Shown here piece by piece: positions 42,122 through 51,328 of a stretch of DNA of 64,000 nucleotides; the stretch's first letter is position 1; each line of letters opens with the position of its first letter. A program made the position numbers and the translations under genes. The stretch is from an uncultured Acidobacteriota bacterium (GTDB lineage: Bacteria > Acidobacteriota > Thermoanaerobaculia > Gp7-AA8): positions 1-64,000 of the forward strand of contig CAVUKB010000005.1 in NCBI GenBank assembly GCA_963741955.1. Direction: 5' to 3'. The notes under the pieces are model-generated. The model worked only from the letters and a program-made list of their open reading frames with translations. It was not told where the DNA came from and made no database searches.

Positions 42122-42823
42122 TCAGCGTGCCGGCGAAGCCCAGGAGATGAAGTTCGTCACGAACTTCCTGGAGAGCTCTTCGAGCATCGCGTCGCACGGC
42201 GCGACCTCGCGAATCAGTTCCTCGGCAGTCTTCCCGAACTCGGCGAGCTCGGCGGAGTAGACGCCTCCCCATTTCGCCGCATCCCTGCTCCCGATCTCCA
42301 GATGGAACTGCACCCCCGCGACGCGGCGAATGCCGAACATCTGGTTACGGCACTCCCGCCCCGTCGCCAGCAGTTCGGCCTCAGCCGGGATCCCGAACGT
42401 GTCGCCGTGCCACTGGAAGGCCGGGAACGACGGGGGAAAGCCGTCGAGGAGAGGATGCGTCGCTCCGGCGTCGGTTGCGGTGATCTCCGCGATGCCGATC
42501 TCCTTCCGCTCGGCCCGACGCACCTCTGCGCCGAGAATCCTCGCGAGGATCTGTCCTCCGAAGCAGATCCCGACGCACGGGGTGCCGGAGGCGATCGCGG
42601 AACGAAGCCAGCGCTCTTCCTCGACCAGAAACGGATGGTCGTCGATCGCGTACGCGGAGATCGGCGTTCCGCCGACGATCACCGCATCGATGGAGTCGAG
42701 CGCCGGCCAGGGGAGGCTTCGTTCGGCAGGAAAGATCTCGAATCGAGCGTTCGCTGATTCGAAGATCGATTCGAGAACGCCGAACCCTTCGGCTTCGCAG
42801 TTCTGAATCGCGAGGATGCGCAT
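42122..42823 (-). CDS. Class I glutamine amidotransferase (GMP-synthase-like)
   Basis: GICFGGQ, QWHGD, QFHLE. Confidence 0.92.
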   Translation of the reverse strand: MRILAIQNCEAEGFGVLESIFESANARFEIFPAERSLPWPALDSIDAVIVGGTPISAYAIDDHPFLVEEERWLRSAIASGTPCVGICFGGQILARILGAEVRRAERKEIGIAEITATDAGATHPLLDGFPPSFPAFQWHGDTFGIPAEAELLATGRECRNQMFGIRRVAGVQFHLEIGSRDAAKWGGVYSAELAEFGKTAEELIREVAPCDAMLEELSRKFVTNFISWASPAR

Positions 42824-42829
42824 CGGGGA

Positions 42830-43756
42830 TCAGCTCCGGTAACGGACGTCGATCACCTTCCGCACCATGTCCTTGGCCGCATCCGGGAGAGCCTGGACCC
42901 TGGCCAGGATTCCGTTGTACGCGGTCGACTCGCCGCCGTGCTTGAGGCACTCGGCGCAGCGCGGAAGTTCGGTCAGATCGCGGCGTTTGAATGCGTCCTG
43001 CATCGTCGCGAAACGTTCACCGTCGAAGATCTCCTGGAGCGACTGCGTCCTGAGGTCGCCGATGATCTGATCGCCGTGCGCGTCGTAGCAGCAGTGGGTC
43101 ACCCGCCCGTCCGCGAAGATCACCACCCAGGTGGTGAAGCCCTGAGTGCACCCGAAGAACTTTCCGTGGAGGTCGGTCTCTTCGTTCACGTCGAGTGCCT
43201 CGCAGGTCTTCTCGATCACTCGTGTATTCGAGTAGCTCTTCAGGTGGAAGAACTGGCGGAAGTCGTCGACCGATTCGTCGATGGTCAGACGCGAGCGCAT
43301 CTTCTGGATCTCGATGCGGATCGGCCGGTCCTTCGCCTGTTCGAGAAAAGCACGGGTCAGCTCGACCAGTTTCTCGAAGTCACCGCCGGTACGAAGTGCG
43401 GGATAGACTTCGGGATTGATCGAATCGACGCAGATGCGGAGACGTCGTAGTCCGGCGTCGAGAATCCGTCGCCCGATCTCCTCGGTGAGCAGGAGGCCGT
43501 TCGTCGAGAGGCTCGCCTCCGGGAAGAGGCGGATGGCGTCATCGATCCTCGAGTAGAGAAGCGGCTCGCCCATCTCGTGCAGCCATTTCAGGCGGAATCC
43601 GAGCGAGTGGATCTCGCGCTCGGCTTTCTCGACCAGCGGCCACTCCATATCCTCGTACGGACGGCGAAGAACCGGCAGCGGGCACATCCCGCACCTCAGG
43701 TTGCACTTCGAGGTCAGCTCGAGGCCGACTTTCATCCGTTTGGGGTTCAGCCGCAT
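42830..43756 (-). CDS. Radical SAM protein with SPASM/twitch domain
   Basis: CNLRCGMC; GEP; C..DG.V..CC.D..IG..CAEC. Confidence 0.92.
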   Translation of the reverse strand: MRLNPKRMKVGLELTSKCNLRCGMCPLPVLRRPYEDMEWPLVEKAEREIHSLGFRLKWLHEMGEPLLYSRIDDAIRLFPEASLSTNGLLLTEEIGRRILDAGLRRLRICVDSINPEVYPALRTGGDFEKLVELTRAFLEQAKDRPIRIEIQKMRSRLTIDESVDDFRQFFHLKSYSNTRVIEKTCEALDVNEETDLHGKFFGCTQGFTTWVVIFADGRVTHCCYDAHGDQIIGDLRTQSLQEIFDGERFATMQDAFKRRDLTELPRCAECLKHGGESTAYNGILARVQALPDAAKDMVRKVIDVRYRS

Positions 43757-43845
43757 GACAGGAGTCTCTCGTTTCGCCGCGCTCGAATCAACCGCGAGCG
43801 CCGCAGGAGCATTCCGGCGGGTGAAGTGGATCGCGGGTCCCACGG

Positions 43846-45298
43846 GTGAGTCGCGCGCAAGTCGGTCGCGGGAAAGTGGGTCGCGGGAAAGTGGGTCGCG
43901 CGTCCCGCGCGAGGCTCCCCGGCATCCTGCCGGGGAGCGATGGCATCAACGTCACGCGGATCGCTCCTCTCGTGATGTGGTCCGTTCGAGTCTCTCTTCT
44001 CGGGAGGATCGTCGTAACTTGCCCTGGGCAGGGCGGCGCGGGACGCCACCCTGCATAGTGGGTCGCGCGTCTCGCGCGAGGCTCCCCGGCATCCTGCCGG
44101 GGAGCGATGGCATCAACGCCACGCGGATCGCTCCTCTCGCGATGTGGTCCGTTCGAGTCTCTCTTCTCGGGAGGATCGTGGCAACTCGCCCGGGACAGGG
44201 TGGCGCGGGACGCCACCCTGCATCGGACGAGACGTCCAACCCACATGTGGGTTCCGGGAAAGTGGGTCGCGCATCCTGCGCGAGGCTCCCCGGCATCCTG
44301 CCGGGGAGCGATGGCCTCAACGCCACGCGGATCGCTCCTCTCGCGATGTGGTCCGTTCGAGTCTCTCTTCTCGGGAGGATCGTGGCAACTCGCCCGGGAC
44401 AGGGTGGCGCGGGACGCCACCCTGCATCGGACGAGACGTCCAACCCACATGTGGGTCGCGGGAAAGTGGGTCGCGCGTCCCGCGCGAGGCTCCCCGGCAT
44501 CCTGCCGGGGAGCGATGGCATCAACGTCACGCGGATCGCTCCTCTCGCGATGCAGTCCGTTCGAGTCTCTCTTCTCGGGAGGATCGTGGCAACTCGCCCG
44601 GGACAGGGTGGCGCGGGACGCCACCCTGCATAGTGGGTCGCGCATCCTGCGCGAGGCTCCCCGGCATCCTGCCGGGGAGCGATGGCATCAACGTCACGCG
44701 GATCGCTCCTCTCGCGATGTGGTCCGTTCGAGTCTCTCTTCTCGGGAGGATCGTGGCAACTCGCCCGGGACAGGGTGGCGCGGGACGCCACCCTGCATCG
44801 GACGAGACGTCCAACCCACTGGGCCACCCTGCATCGGACGAGACGTCCAACCCACAAGTGGGTTGCGGGAAAGTGGGTCGCGCGTCTCGCGCGAGGCTCC
44901 CCGGCATCCTGCCGGGGAGCGATGGCCTCAACGCCACGCGGATCGCTCCTCTCGCGATGTGGTGTGTTCGTGTCTCTCTTCTCGGGAGGATCGTGGCAAC
45001 TCGCCCGGGACAGGGTGGCGCGGGACGCCACCCTGCATCGGACGAGACGTCCAACCCACTGGGCCACCCTGCATCGGACGAGACGTCCAACCCACAAGTG
45101 GGTTGCGGGAAAGTGGGTCGCGCGTCCCGCGCGAGGCTCCCCGGCATCCTGCCGGGGAGCGATGGCATCAACGTCACGCGGATCGCTCCTCTCGCGATGT
45201 GGTCCGTTCGAGTCTCTCTTCTCGGGAGGATCGTCGTAACTCGCCCGGGACAGGGTGGCGCGGGACGCCACCCTGCATCGGACGAGACGTCCAACCCA
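43846..45298 (-). repeat. Array of 7 copies of REPIN-like unit (locus 3)
   Basis: GTGGGTCGCG unit starts at 43891, 44058, 44262, 44466, 44633, 44873, 45113; reverse complement of locus 1 unit. Confidence 0.95.
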
Positions 45299-45344
45299 CC
45301 GGGCATCGGGCAGGAGGTCACCAGACCCACCAGACGACCGTCAG

Positions 45345-46562
45345 TCAGCGGCGGCTCTGACGCATCAGGAGGTCGATCTTGCTGGAGTAGTGGATCTTCA
45401 GGTTCGGCGTCGCGGCGACCTCCTCGGCGCGAGTCATCCACCTCTGAGCAGTGGTTACGTCGCCCTTCTGGAAGTAGCAGAGCGCCATCATGAAATCGAA
45501 CCGGTCTTCCCGCGGATGCTTTCGGATGGCGAACCGCAAGTGCCGGATCGCCTGATCGTACTCCCCCTCGACGTACGCGCGCCGCGCGAGCTCGTATCTG
45601 TAGTAGGGGTTCTGCTGTCGGTGATCGACCACTCTTTTCTGCAGGGCCGCCGCGCGGTCGAGGTCTCCCATAAGATCGTACAGGCGTGCGAGATCGCTCA
45701 TCGCCACGAGATCCGATGAGTTCACCTGGATCGCCTGAAGGTAGGCCGCCTCGGCGTACGCACGATCGCCGTAGCGGAGGTAGAGCGTTCCGAGGTTCGT
45801 CCAGGCAGGAGAATACCGTTCGCCGGAGCTCGTGACGGCTTTACGGAAGCAGTAAAGCGCGGTCGCGACATCTCCAGCCTGCATTCGCTCGACGCCGATG
45901 TTGTTGTAGTAGTGAGCGATCGCCCGCTGGTCCGAGATCCGGCGCATCGGGTACGTGCTGCGGAAGTCACTCATGTTGAAATCGACGACCCTTCTACCGT
46001 CCGACCCGAGATCCACGAAGACGTTCACGTGCTGGTTCAACACGAATGTGTCGCGGCTCATCGTCCAGTCGGGAGGGATGTCGACTTCCTGATACTGAAC
46101 GTCCAGGCCTTCGTAGCGAGCCATGGCGATGAACATCGTCGAGAAGGAAAGGCAATTTCCTTCGCGCACACGGAAGGTCTCGGACGCCGTGCGGGTCTTG
46201 TCGTCGTACCGGACGCCGAACGTTCCCGAGTCGATGATCGCCCAGACGAGCTGGCGAAGCCGCGGAGCTTCCGCCGCCCTCCGGTCGACGTGGGAATCGA
46301 GGAAGACCCTCATCTCGGGAGTCACTGCAAGCACTTCCTCCGGTGACGGGACCTCTGCCGCCGGCGTTGCCAGTCGAAGAGATGTCCCACGCAGGAGATC
46401 GTGAGTCGGAATTGCCGGCCTGCCGATCCACCCGGCGCCGCTGGAGCACGCGGTGAGGGGGAGAGTGATCAGCGAGAACCCCACGACGAATCGCGCGAGG
46501 CGTACGGCACGTCCGGCGATCTCGGACATGCTCGATCGAGACGTCAGTCGGGAGTTCTTCAT
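45345..46562 (-). CDS. TPR lipoprotein with transglutaminase-like domain
   Basis: LTAC lipobox; GNCLS, H, D triad-like; C-terminal TPRs. Start uncertain (46529 possible). Confidence 0.8.
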   Translation of the reverse strand: MKNSRLTSRSSMSEIAGRAVRLARFVVGFSLITLPLTACSSGAGWIGRPAIPTHDLLRGTSLRLATPAAEVPSPEEVLAVTPEMRVFLDSHVDRRAAEAPRLRQLVWAIIDSGTFGVRYDDKTRTASETFRVREGNCLSFSTMFIAMARYEGLDVQYQEVDIPPDWTMSRDTFVLNQHVNVFVDLGSDGRRVVDFNMSDFRSTYPMRRISDQRAIAHYYNNIGVERMQAGDVATALYCFRKAVTSSGERYSPAWTNLGTLYLRYGDRAYAEAAYLQAIQVNSSDLVAMSDLARLYDLMGDLDRAAALQKRVVDHRQQNPYYRYELARRAYVEGEYDQAIRHLRFAIRKHPREDRFDFMMALCYFQKGDVTTAQRWMTRAEEVAATPNLKIHYSSKIDLLMRQSRR

Positions 46563-46794
46563 CACTCGCGCCGTGACACCGTGGGAGAACGGTCGAACCA
46601 CGAACCGAGGATTGCCTCCTTGGAGCTGGTGAGCTCGTCCGCCGGCCGGGGGCCTTTTCCGGCCGGAGAGCGCTTCGAACCGCCGCGCGGCCGGAAGCGT
46701 CCTCCCACGTTCATCATAAGTCTGCGCTCTGCGTTCTGTCCGCTTGCGAACGAAACGGACACAGAAACGCAACCGTGACGGAGGAGAAGGAGGG

Positions 46795-47499
46795 TCAGTT
46801 AGGCCGGTACGGATCGTCTCGCCGGATCGCCTCGAAAACCGTGGCGACCACCCGGTTGCAGCGGGGGGCCTGAAAATCGAAAAGCTGATCGTACGTGAGT
46901 CCGCTCTCGGCGAAGAGGTGATCTCGTACCAGTCCGCGGGCCCGATGAAGCCGCGTTTTCACCACGTCTTCGCTCACGCCGAGGCATTCCGCGGTCTCGC
47001 CGGTGGAGAGCCCTTCGACCTCTCGAAGCATGAGAACGGAGCGGTAGTGCTCCGAGAGAGACTCGATCGCTTCCTCGAGCAGCTGTTTGACTTCGGTGGT
47101 CATCGCCTGGCGTTCCGGCCCGGGGAGCGGAGACTTGAACTGGCGCATGGGATCCTCCTCACTCTCCTCGGCCGACGCGTTCTCGAGCGGGTCGTGTCCA
47201 CGCCGGCGGATTCTGGCGAATGCTTCGTTCATCGCGATGCGGGTCATCCATGTTGAGAATTTCGCGCGCTCGCCGAACTGAGCGAGGTGAGTGAACGCAT
47301 TGATGTATGCCTGCTGCATCACGTCTTCGGCGTCGCTGTCATCGCGGAGGATCGCGCGTACAGTGCGGTAGATTCTCTGGTTGTACTTACGCATCAGTCG
47401 CTCGAAGAGCTCCGTCTCTCCGGCGAGCACGTGGCGGATGATCTCTTCGTCGCTCAATTCGTGGCGCCGGTCAGACGTGTTCGGTACGGTGTCGGGCAT
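46795..47499 (-). CDS. ECF sigma-70 factor with C-terminal F...RC extension
   Basis: DAEDVMQ, FSTWMTRIA.NEA (region 2); VKTRLHRAR (region 4). Confidence 0.93.
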   Translation of the reverse strand: MPDTVPNTSDRRHELSDEEIIRHVLAGETELFERLMRKYNQRIYRTVRAILRDDSDAEDVMQQAYINAFTHLAQFGERAKFSTWMTRIAMNEAFARIRRRGHDPLENASAEESEEDPMRQFKSPLPGPERQAMTTEVKQLLEEAIESLSEHYRSVLMLREVEGLSTGETAECLGVSEDVVKTRLHRARGLVRDHLFAESGLTYDQLFDFQAPRCNRVVATVFEAIRRDDPYRPN

Positions 47500-47515
47500 G
47501 GTCGATCTCCTTTCA

Positions 47516-47546
47516 GATCAGAGTGAGGACGTTACGGAATGGTGAC
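47516..47546 (-). promoter_or_regulatory. Candidate ECF promoter for sigma gene
   Basis: GTCACCATTC-N12-ACTCTGATC just upstream of the AAAGGAG RBS. Confidence 0.6.
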
Positions 47547-47702
47547 AACCGTTTTCCGGCTGGGGTCGCTGTCGCGAGTACGCTCACCGTTCGATTCGTC
47601 TTCGCGATCCACGATTCACGATCCACGACCCCCAACAGCGCTTCCGCCTTTCAGAGTGGTAACGCCCGGACGGATGGGGACGGGGGTAGGATTTCCTACT
47701 CC

Positions 47703-47732
47703 GTCACCATTCTGCACCCGGCGACTCTGATC
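47703..47732 (+). promoter_or_regulatory. Candidate ECF promoter for DoxX operon
   Basis: GTCACCATTC-N11-ACTCTGATC just upstream of the AAAGGAGG RBS. Confidence 0.6.
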
Positions 47733-47752
47733 CCGCAAAGGAGGTGGAGCAG

Positions 47753-48181
47753 ATGAATTCGAAGATCAATACGGTCTGGTGGGTTCTGCGGATCGGGCTC
47801 GGGCTCGCGCCGTTTCTCGCAGGGCTCGACAAATTCTTCAACATCCTCGCCGACTGGGACATGTACCTGAGTCCTCTGGCGACGAAGATCATTCCGATCT
47901 CTCCGCAGCTGTTCATGAGAATCGCCGGAGTGATCGAGATGGCCGTCGGGATCGCGGTCCTTGCAGGGCTGACGCGTCTCGGCGGCTACGTGGTGATGCT
48001 CTGGTTGATTGCGATCGCGATCAATCTTCTCACCACCGGGATGTTCTACGACATCGCGGTTCGTGACGTCGAGATGTCGTTGGGTGCGTTCGCGCTCGCG
48101 AAGCTCAGCGAGGTGCGCGCAGAATCACTCGGGAGGGTTCCGGAAGAGAGACGGGCGAGAGTGGGCGCTTCCGCCGCATGA
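47753..48181 (+). CDS. DoxX-family membrane protein
   Basis: LRIGLG..P.LAGLDKF; GVIE; YDIAVRD. Confidence 0.85.
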   Translation: MNSKINTVWWVLRIGLGLAPFLAGLDKFFNILADWDMYLSPLATKIIPISPQLFMRIAGVIEMAVGIAVLAGLTRLGGYVVMLWLIAIAINLLTTGMFYDIAVRDVEMSLGAFALAKLSEVRAESLGRVPEERRARVGASAA

Positions 48182-48207
48182 TCGCTCGAAAACAGAGAGG
48201 AGGCATC

Positions 48208-48558
48208 ATGAAGAGATTTGCAGGAATGATCACGGTAGCCCTGGTTCTGGTGTTCAGTCCCATCGCTCTTTTCGCAGCGGACGCGACGTGGAAGAACGTT
48301 TCGATCGTCGACACGAACTGCCACGCGAAGTTCACGAAGAACGCCGACGCGCATACCCGCAGCTGTGCTTTGAAATGCGCGAAGAGCGGGTTCGGCGTCA
48401 TCACGCCGGACGGGAAGTTCCTTGCGTTCGACGCGAAGGGAAACGAGCTGGCGACTGCCGCGTTGAAGAGCTCGACGAAGAAGGACCACCTTCGGGCGAC
48501 GGTGGTCGGTGAGCAGAGCGGTGAGACGATCGCGGTGAAATCCCTGGTGCTCGACTGA
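48208..48558 (+). CDS. Small secreted Cys/His protein
   Basis: GGAGG RBS; signal peptide; D.NC...H..C...C..SG.G. Confidence 0.8.
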   Translation: MKRFAGMITVALVLVFSPIALFAADATWKNVSIVDTNCHAKFTKNADAHTRSCALKCAKSGFGVITPDGKFLAFDAKGNELATAALKSSTKKDHLRATVVGEQSGETIAVKSLVLD

Positions 48559-48624
48559 ACGATTCCGGCGGGGGCGCGCCGGCTGCCGGGCTGGTGCGTC
48601 CCCGTCAACTTCGGTTGTCGGTGG

Positions 48625-48870
48625 TCAGATCGCGGCAGGGGGAAGCGGAAGATGGACCGAGGGAAAGCGACGGAGACGCGCACGGACCTCGTTCGAGCCG
48701 ACGAGCCCCTGAAACACCATCTCCGGAGAGTCGGCGATCAGATCGTGGATGCGGTCGTCTACGAGAATGCTCCCGCGGAACTGGCGGCAGACGAGGCATC
48801 GCTCCATGAGCGTCTCGTCACCGTTGAACCAGTGATCGAACTGCAGCCATTCATGTTCACAAAGGCGCAT
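48625..48870 (-). CDS. Small Zn-ribbon hypothetical protein
   Basis: GGGAG RBS; CEHEW...RCLVC. Confidence 0.5.
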   Translation of the reverse strand: MRLCEHEWLQFDHWFNGDETLMERCLVCRQFRGSILVDDRIHDLIADSPEMVFQGLVGSNEVRARLRRFPSVHLPLPPAAI

Positions 48871-49086
48871 CAAATCCACTCCCGTTTCGTCACGGCACCT
48901 TCCCGCTCCATCCCAGAGTGGCGGCTGAGGGATTTTCGTTTCGGAGAGCGTACAACCTTTGCCTCCTCAACGGAATCACCCGTTTGGGTGATGACGACTC
49001 CTGCGTAAGGGAGTGACGCGCCTCTCTCCGATGAAATGTCGAGTCGGCGAATCTGTCCGAGACGTCATTTGCGGAATCGGAGAAAA

Positions 49087-49725
49087 ATGGCACAATACGT
49101 TGACAGGGGGACCATCTTGAACGACCGGCGTGTGCTGCTCGTCGACTCGGATCCCGTCCGCTCGGTGAATCTCGGGAAGGCGCTCACCGCGGAAGGCCTG
49201 GTTGTCGAACGAACGAAACCTCTCGAGGGGTGCTGCGATCGACTCGACAACGACAATTTTCGGGTCCTGATCGTCGATCCGATCGACACGGAGGAGGCGT
49301 CCAGCTTCCTCGAGTGCCTCGATCAGCGTCATCCCGAAATGCTGACCCGGTTGATCTTCATCGCAGATCCCGTGATCGGCCGGAACGTTCTTCTCGATCT
49401 CCTCAAGCGCAATATCTACGCGATCTTCTCTCTCCCATTCGAATTCAGCGAGCTCGGTGATGCGGCGCGCGACTGCGCCTCCAAGACCATTCGCGGCGGG
49501 ACGCGATGGTTTCGGGCGGATGCCGGGCTCGATCCCACCGACACTCCGAAGACGGGAGCCGACGAAGGCTGCGACCTCTGTGTAGCCGGATTCCACTCCA
49601 GGCGCGTCGGATGCGTCCGGGTGGGGGAGCACGAGTGTCTGACTTTTCTCGACGGCTTCGCTTCTTCTTACGAGCCAGGGGAGCCCGATCCGGACGAGAT
49701 CGGAGACGACCCGGATGTCGCTTGA
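49087..49725 (+). CDS. Atypical receiver-domain protein with Cys-rich tail
   Basis: RVLLVDSD, VLIVD, SLPF in place of KPF; CDLC..C..HEC tail. Confidence 0.65.
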   Translation: MAQYVDRGTILNDRRVLLVDSDPVRSVNLGKALTAEGLVVERTKPLEGCCDRLDNDNFRVLIVDPIDTEEASSFLECLDQRHPEMLTRLIFIADPVIGRNVLLDLLKRNIYAIFSLPFEFSELGDAARDCASKTIRGGTRWFRADAGLDPTDTPKTGADEGCDLCVAGFHSRRVGCVRVGEHECLTFLDGFASSYEPGEPDPDEIGDDPDVA

Positions 49726-49769
49726 CCTCCGTCCCTCCTTTCGTTCAAAGTAGCCTTTCGGCTTCTCGT

Positions 49770-49844
49770 GCGGGGTTAGCTCAGCGGTAGAGCATCTGCC
49801 TTACACGCAGGGGGTCGGGGGTTCGAATCCCTCACCCCGCACCA
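49770..49844 (+). tRNA. tRNA-Val (TAC)
   Basis: GCGGGGT/ACCCCGC acceptor stem, loop CT-TAC-AC, GGTTCGAATCC, CCA. Confidence 0.96.
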
Positions 49845-50101
49845 CTTTCGAACCGCTCCATCGATCCGGCTCTCAGGCAGATACGGCCGTGTCTCCACGG
49901 AGTACGAATCCCGCCGCGCGGGATCCCTCGAGGATCGTGTTGTTCGCCATGTTCCGCGGGGCGTCAGCCGATACCGGGGAGCTCCGCGTCGCTTCTGCCG
50001 AGGATCCTGATGATGCTGCGGTCCGACCTCGTGCCGTGTTCCGCGCGGCGGATTACGAATCTGCACTCCATCGGCGGCAAACGTCGATCGTGCCGAGAAT
50101 C

Positions 50102-50710
50102 CTACCGAGTCGCGGGTTCGGAGCTCGATGCGCCCGGGACCTTCTCGGCGACCTGTTGGGGAGCCGGAGCGGGTGGGGGCGTGAGCACGTATCGGATCAG
50201 AGTCTGCGGCCGTCCCCCTGTCTCCGCCACCTGCAGGATGACCTGCCTTCCGTTCGGATCGAGCGTATCTCCCGGAATGAAGGGATCCTGCATGGCCGGA
50301 TTCAACCGCACCTGAATGGTACGGAAGTGTTCATCCGAGTCAGGATACGGCGACGGGGGATCGTAGGCCCGGAACTGCGCGAGGTACGTGACGTAGTAGT
50401 GCCAGACCTGAGGAAACGAGTCGCTGGAGGAGAAGGTGTAGACCTGCGCCGCCGGGCCGAACCGGCGGTGGACTTCGATCTGGTCCTCACGGGTGAGGTC
50501 CGGATTGAACCGCGCTCCTTCGTAGATCGGGATGGCCGGACTGATCGAGGAGAGGGTCTGTTTCACTTCGACGGGCGTCGGTTGCGGGTTGGGGCTGGTC
50601 GCGTTCGGCATCTCGTGAGCGGAGCTCTCCTCGCCTCCGGTGCAGGCCGCTGGAATCACGGCCACCGCACCCAGGAGAAGCACACACGCCGCTCGCCTGA
50701 TCTGTGTCAT
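50102..50710 (-). CDS. Hypothetical lipoprotein
   Basis: Hydrophobic leader ending PAAC. Confidence 0.75.
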   Translation of the reverse strand: MTQIRRAACVLLLGAVAVIPAACTGGEESSAHEMPNATSPNPQPTPVEVKQTLSSISPAIPIYEGARFNPDLTREDQIEVHRRFGPAAQVYTFSSSDSFPQVWHYYVTYLAQFRAYDPPSPYPDSDEHFRTIQVRLNPAMQDPFIPGDTLDPNGRQVILQVAETGGRPQTLIRYVLTPPPAPAPQQVAEKVPGASSSEPATR

Positions 50711-50753
50711 ACCTGAGGAGAGAGCAATCGATGTGCCGCGTCGCGCGAAAGGT

Positions 50754-51239
50754 TCAGTTCGTATTGCGAACACGGACTCGACGGGAGAAGTTGCGAAGGC
50801 GGTCGAGGGCCGTTTCGCCGCCATAAGTCTTCACGATCTTTTCGTCGTACTCGTCCGAAATTATGGCCACGTTCGAGAGCGAGGCGAAAAGTTGATCCGC
50901 CTTGAGATCCCGTCCGATGAAGCGGTGCGAGTAGAAGACGTCTCCTTCCACCATACTGAACGCGCCGAGAGGAAGCTCGGAATTGAGCTCGAGCAGTTCC
51001 TGCATCAGCTCGAATTTCGGTTCCACTCCCTGTACGCAGAACGCGAGAACCTCGACGACGGCGTTGTCGTCCTCGTACGGATCGATGGAGATCTCGACCA
51101 CGGTCGAGCCGTACTTCAGGTAGAAGTCGCAGTGCTCGGCGTCGTCGAAATGTTCGTCGACCAGCTCGTCGAGGTACCCCTTCACCTGCCAGTACACTCT
51201 CTCCTGACATTGCGTATGGAACGCGCGGACGGCAGCCAT
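50754..51239 (-). CDS. YbjN/T3SS-chaperone-like domain protein
   Basis: YGST.V; ELL.LN..LPLGAF; SDEYDE.I...YGG. Confidence 0.8.
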   Translation of the reverse strand: MAAVRAFHTQCQERVYWQVKGYLDELVDEHFDDAEHCDFYLKYGSTVVEISIDPYEDDNAVVEVLAFCVQGVEPKFELMQELLELNSELPLGAFSMVEGDVFYSHRFIGRDLKADQLFASLSNVAIISDEYDEKIVKTYGGETALDRLRNFSRRVRVRNTN

Positions 51240-51328
51240 GGGAGGATTATAGAACGGAACGGCCGCCGCCGGGAGATGGTCATCGCACGGGTACGCCGGA
51301 GCGCGCCGCGATCTACTACACTCTCCCG

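Noticed and set aside
42122-43756. RiPP cluster around the radical SAM/SPASM gene
   Set aside because: No precursor peptide, RRE, protease or transporter seen; upstream DNA is the repeat array.
48652-49008. Plus-strand 118-aa ORF
   Set aside because: Overlaps the minus-strand Zn-ribbon ORF, which has an RBS and motif; the choice remains uncertain.
49770-50101. Island integrated at tRNA-Val
   Set aside because: No integrase, duplicated tRNA end or foreign genes downstream.
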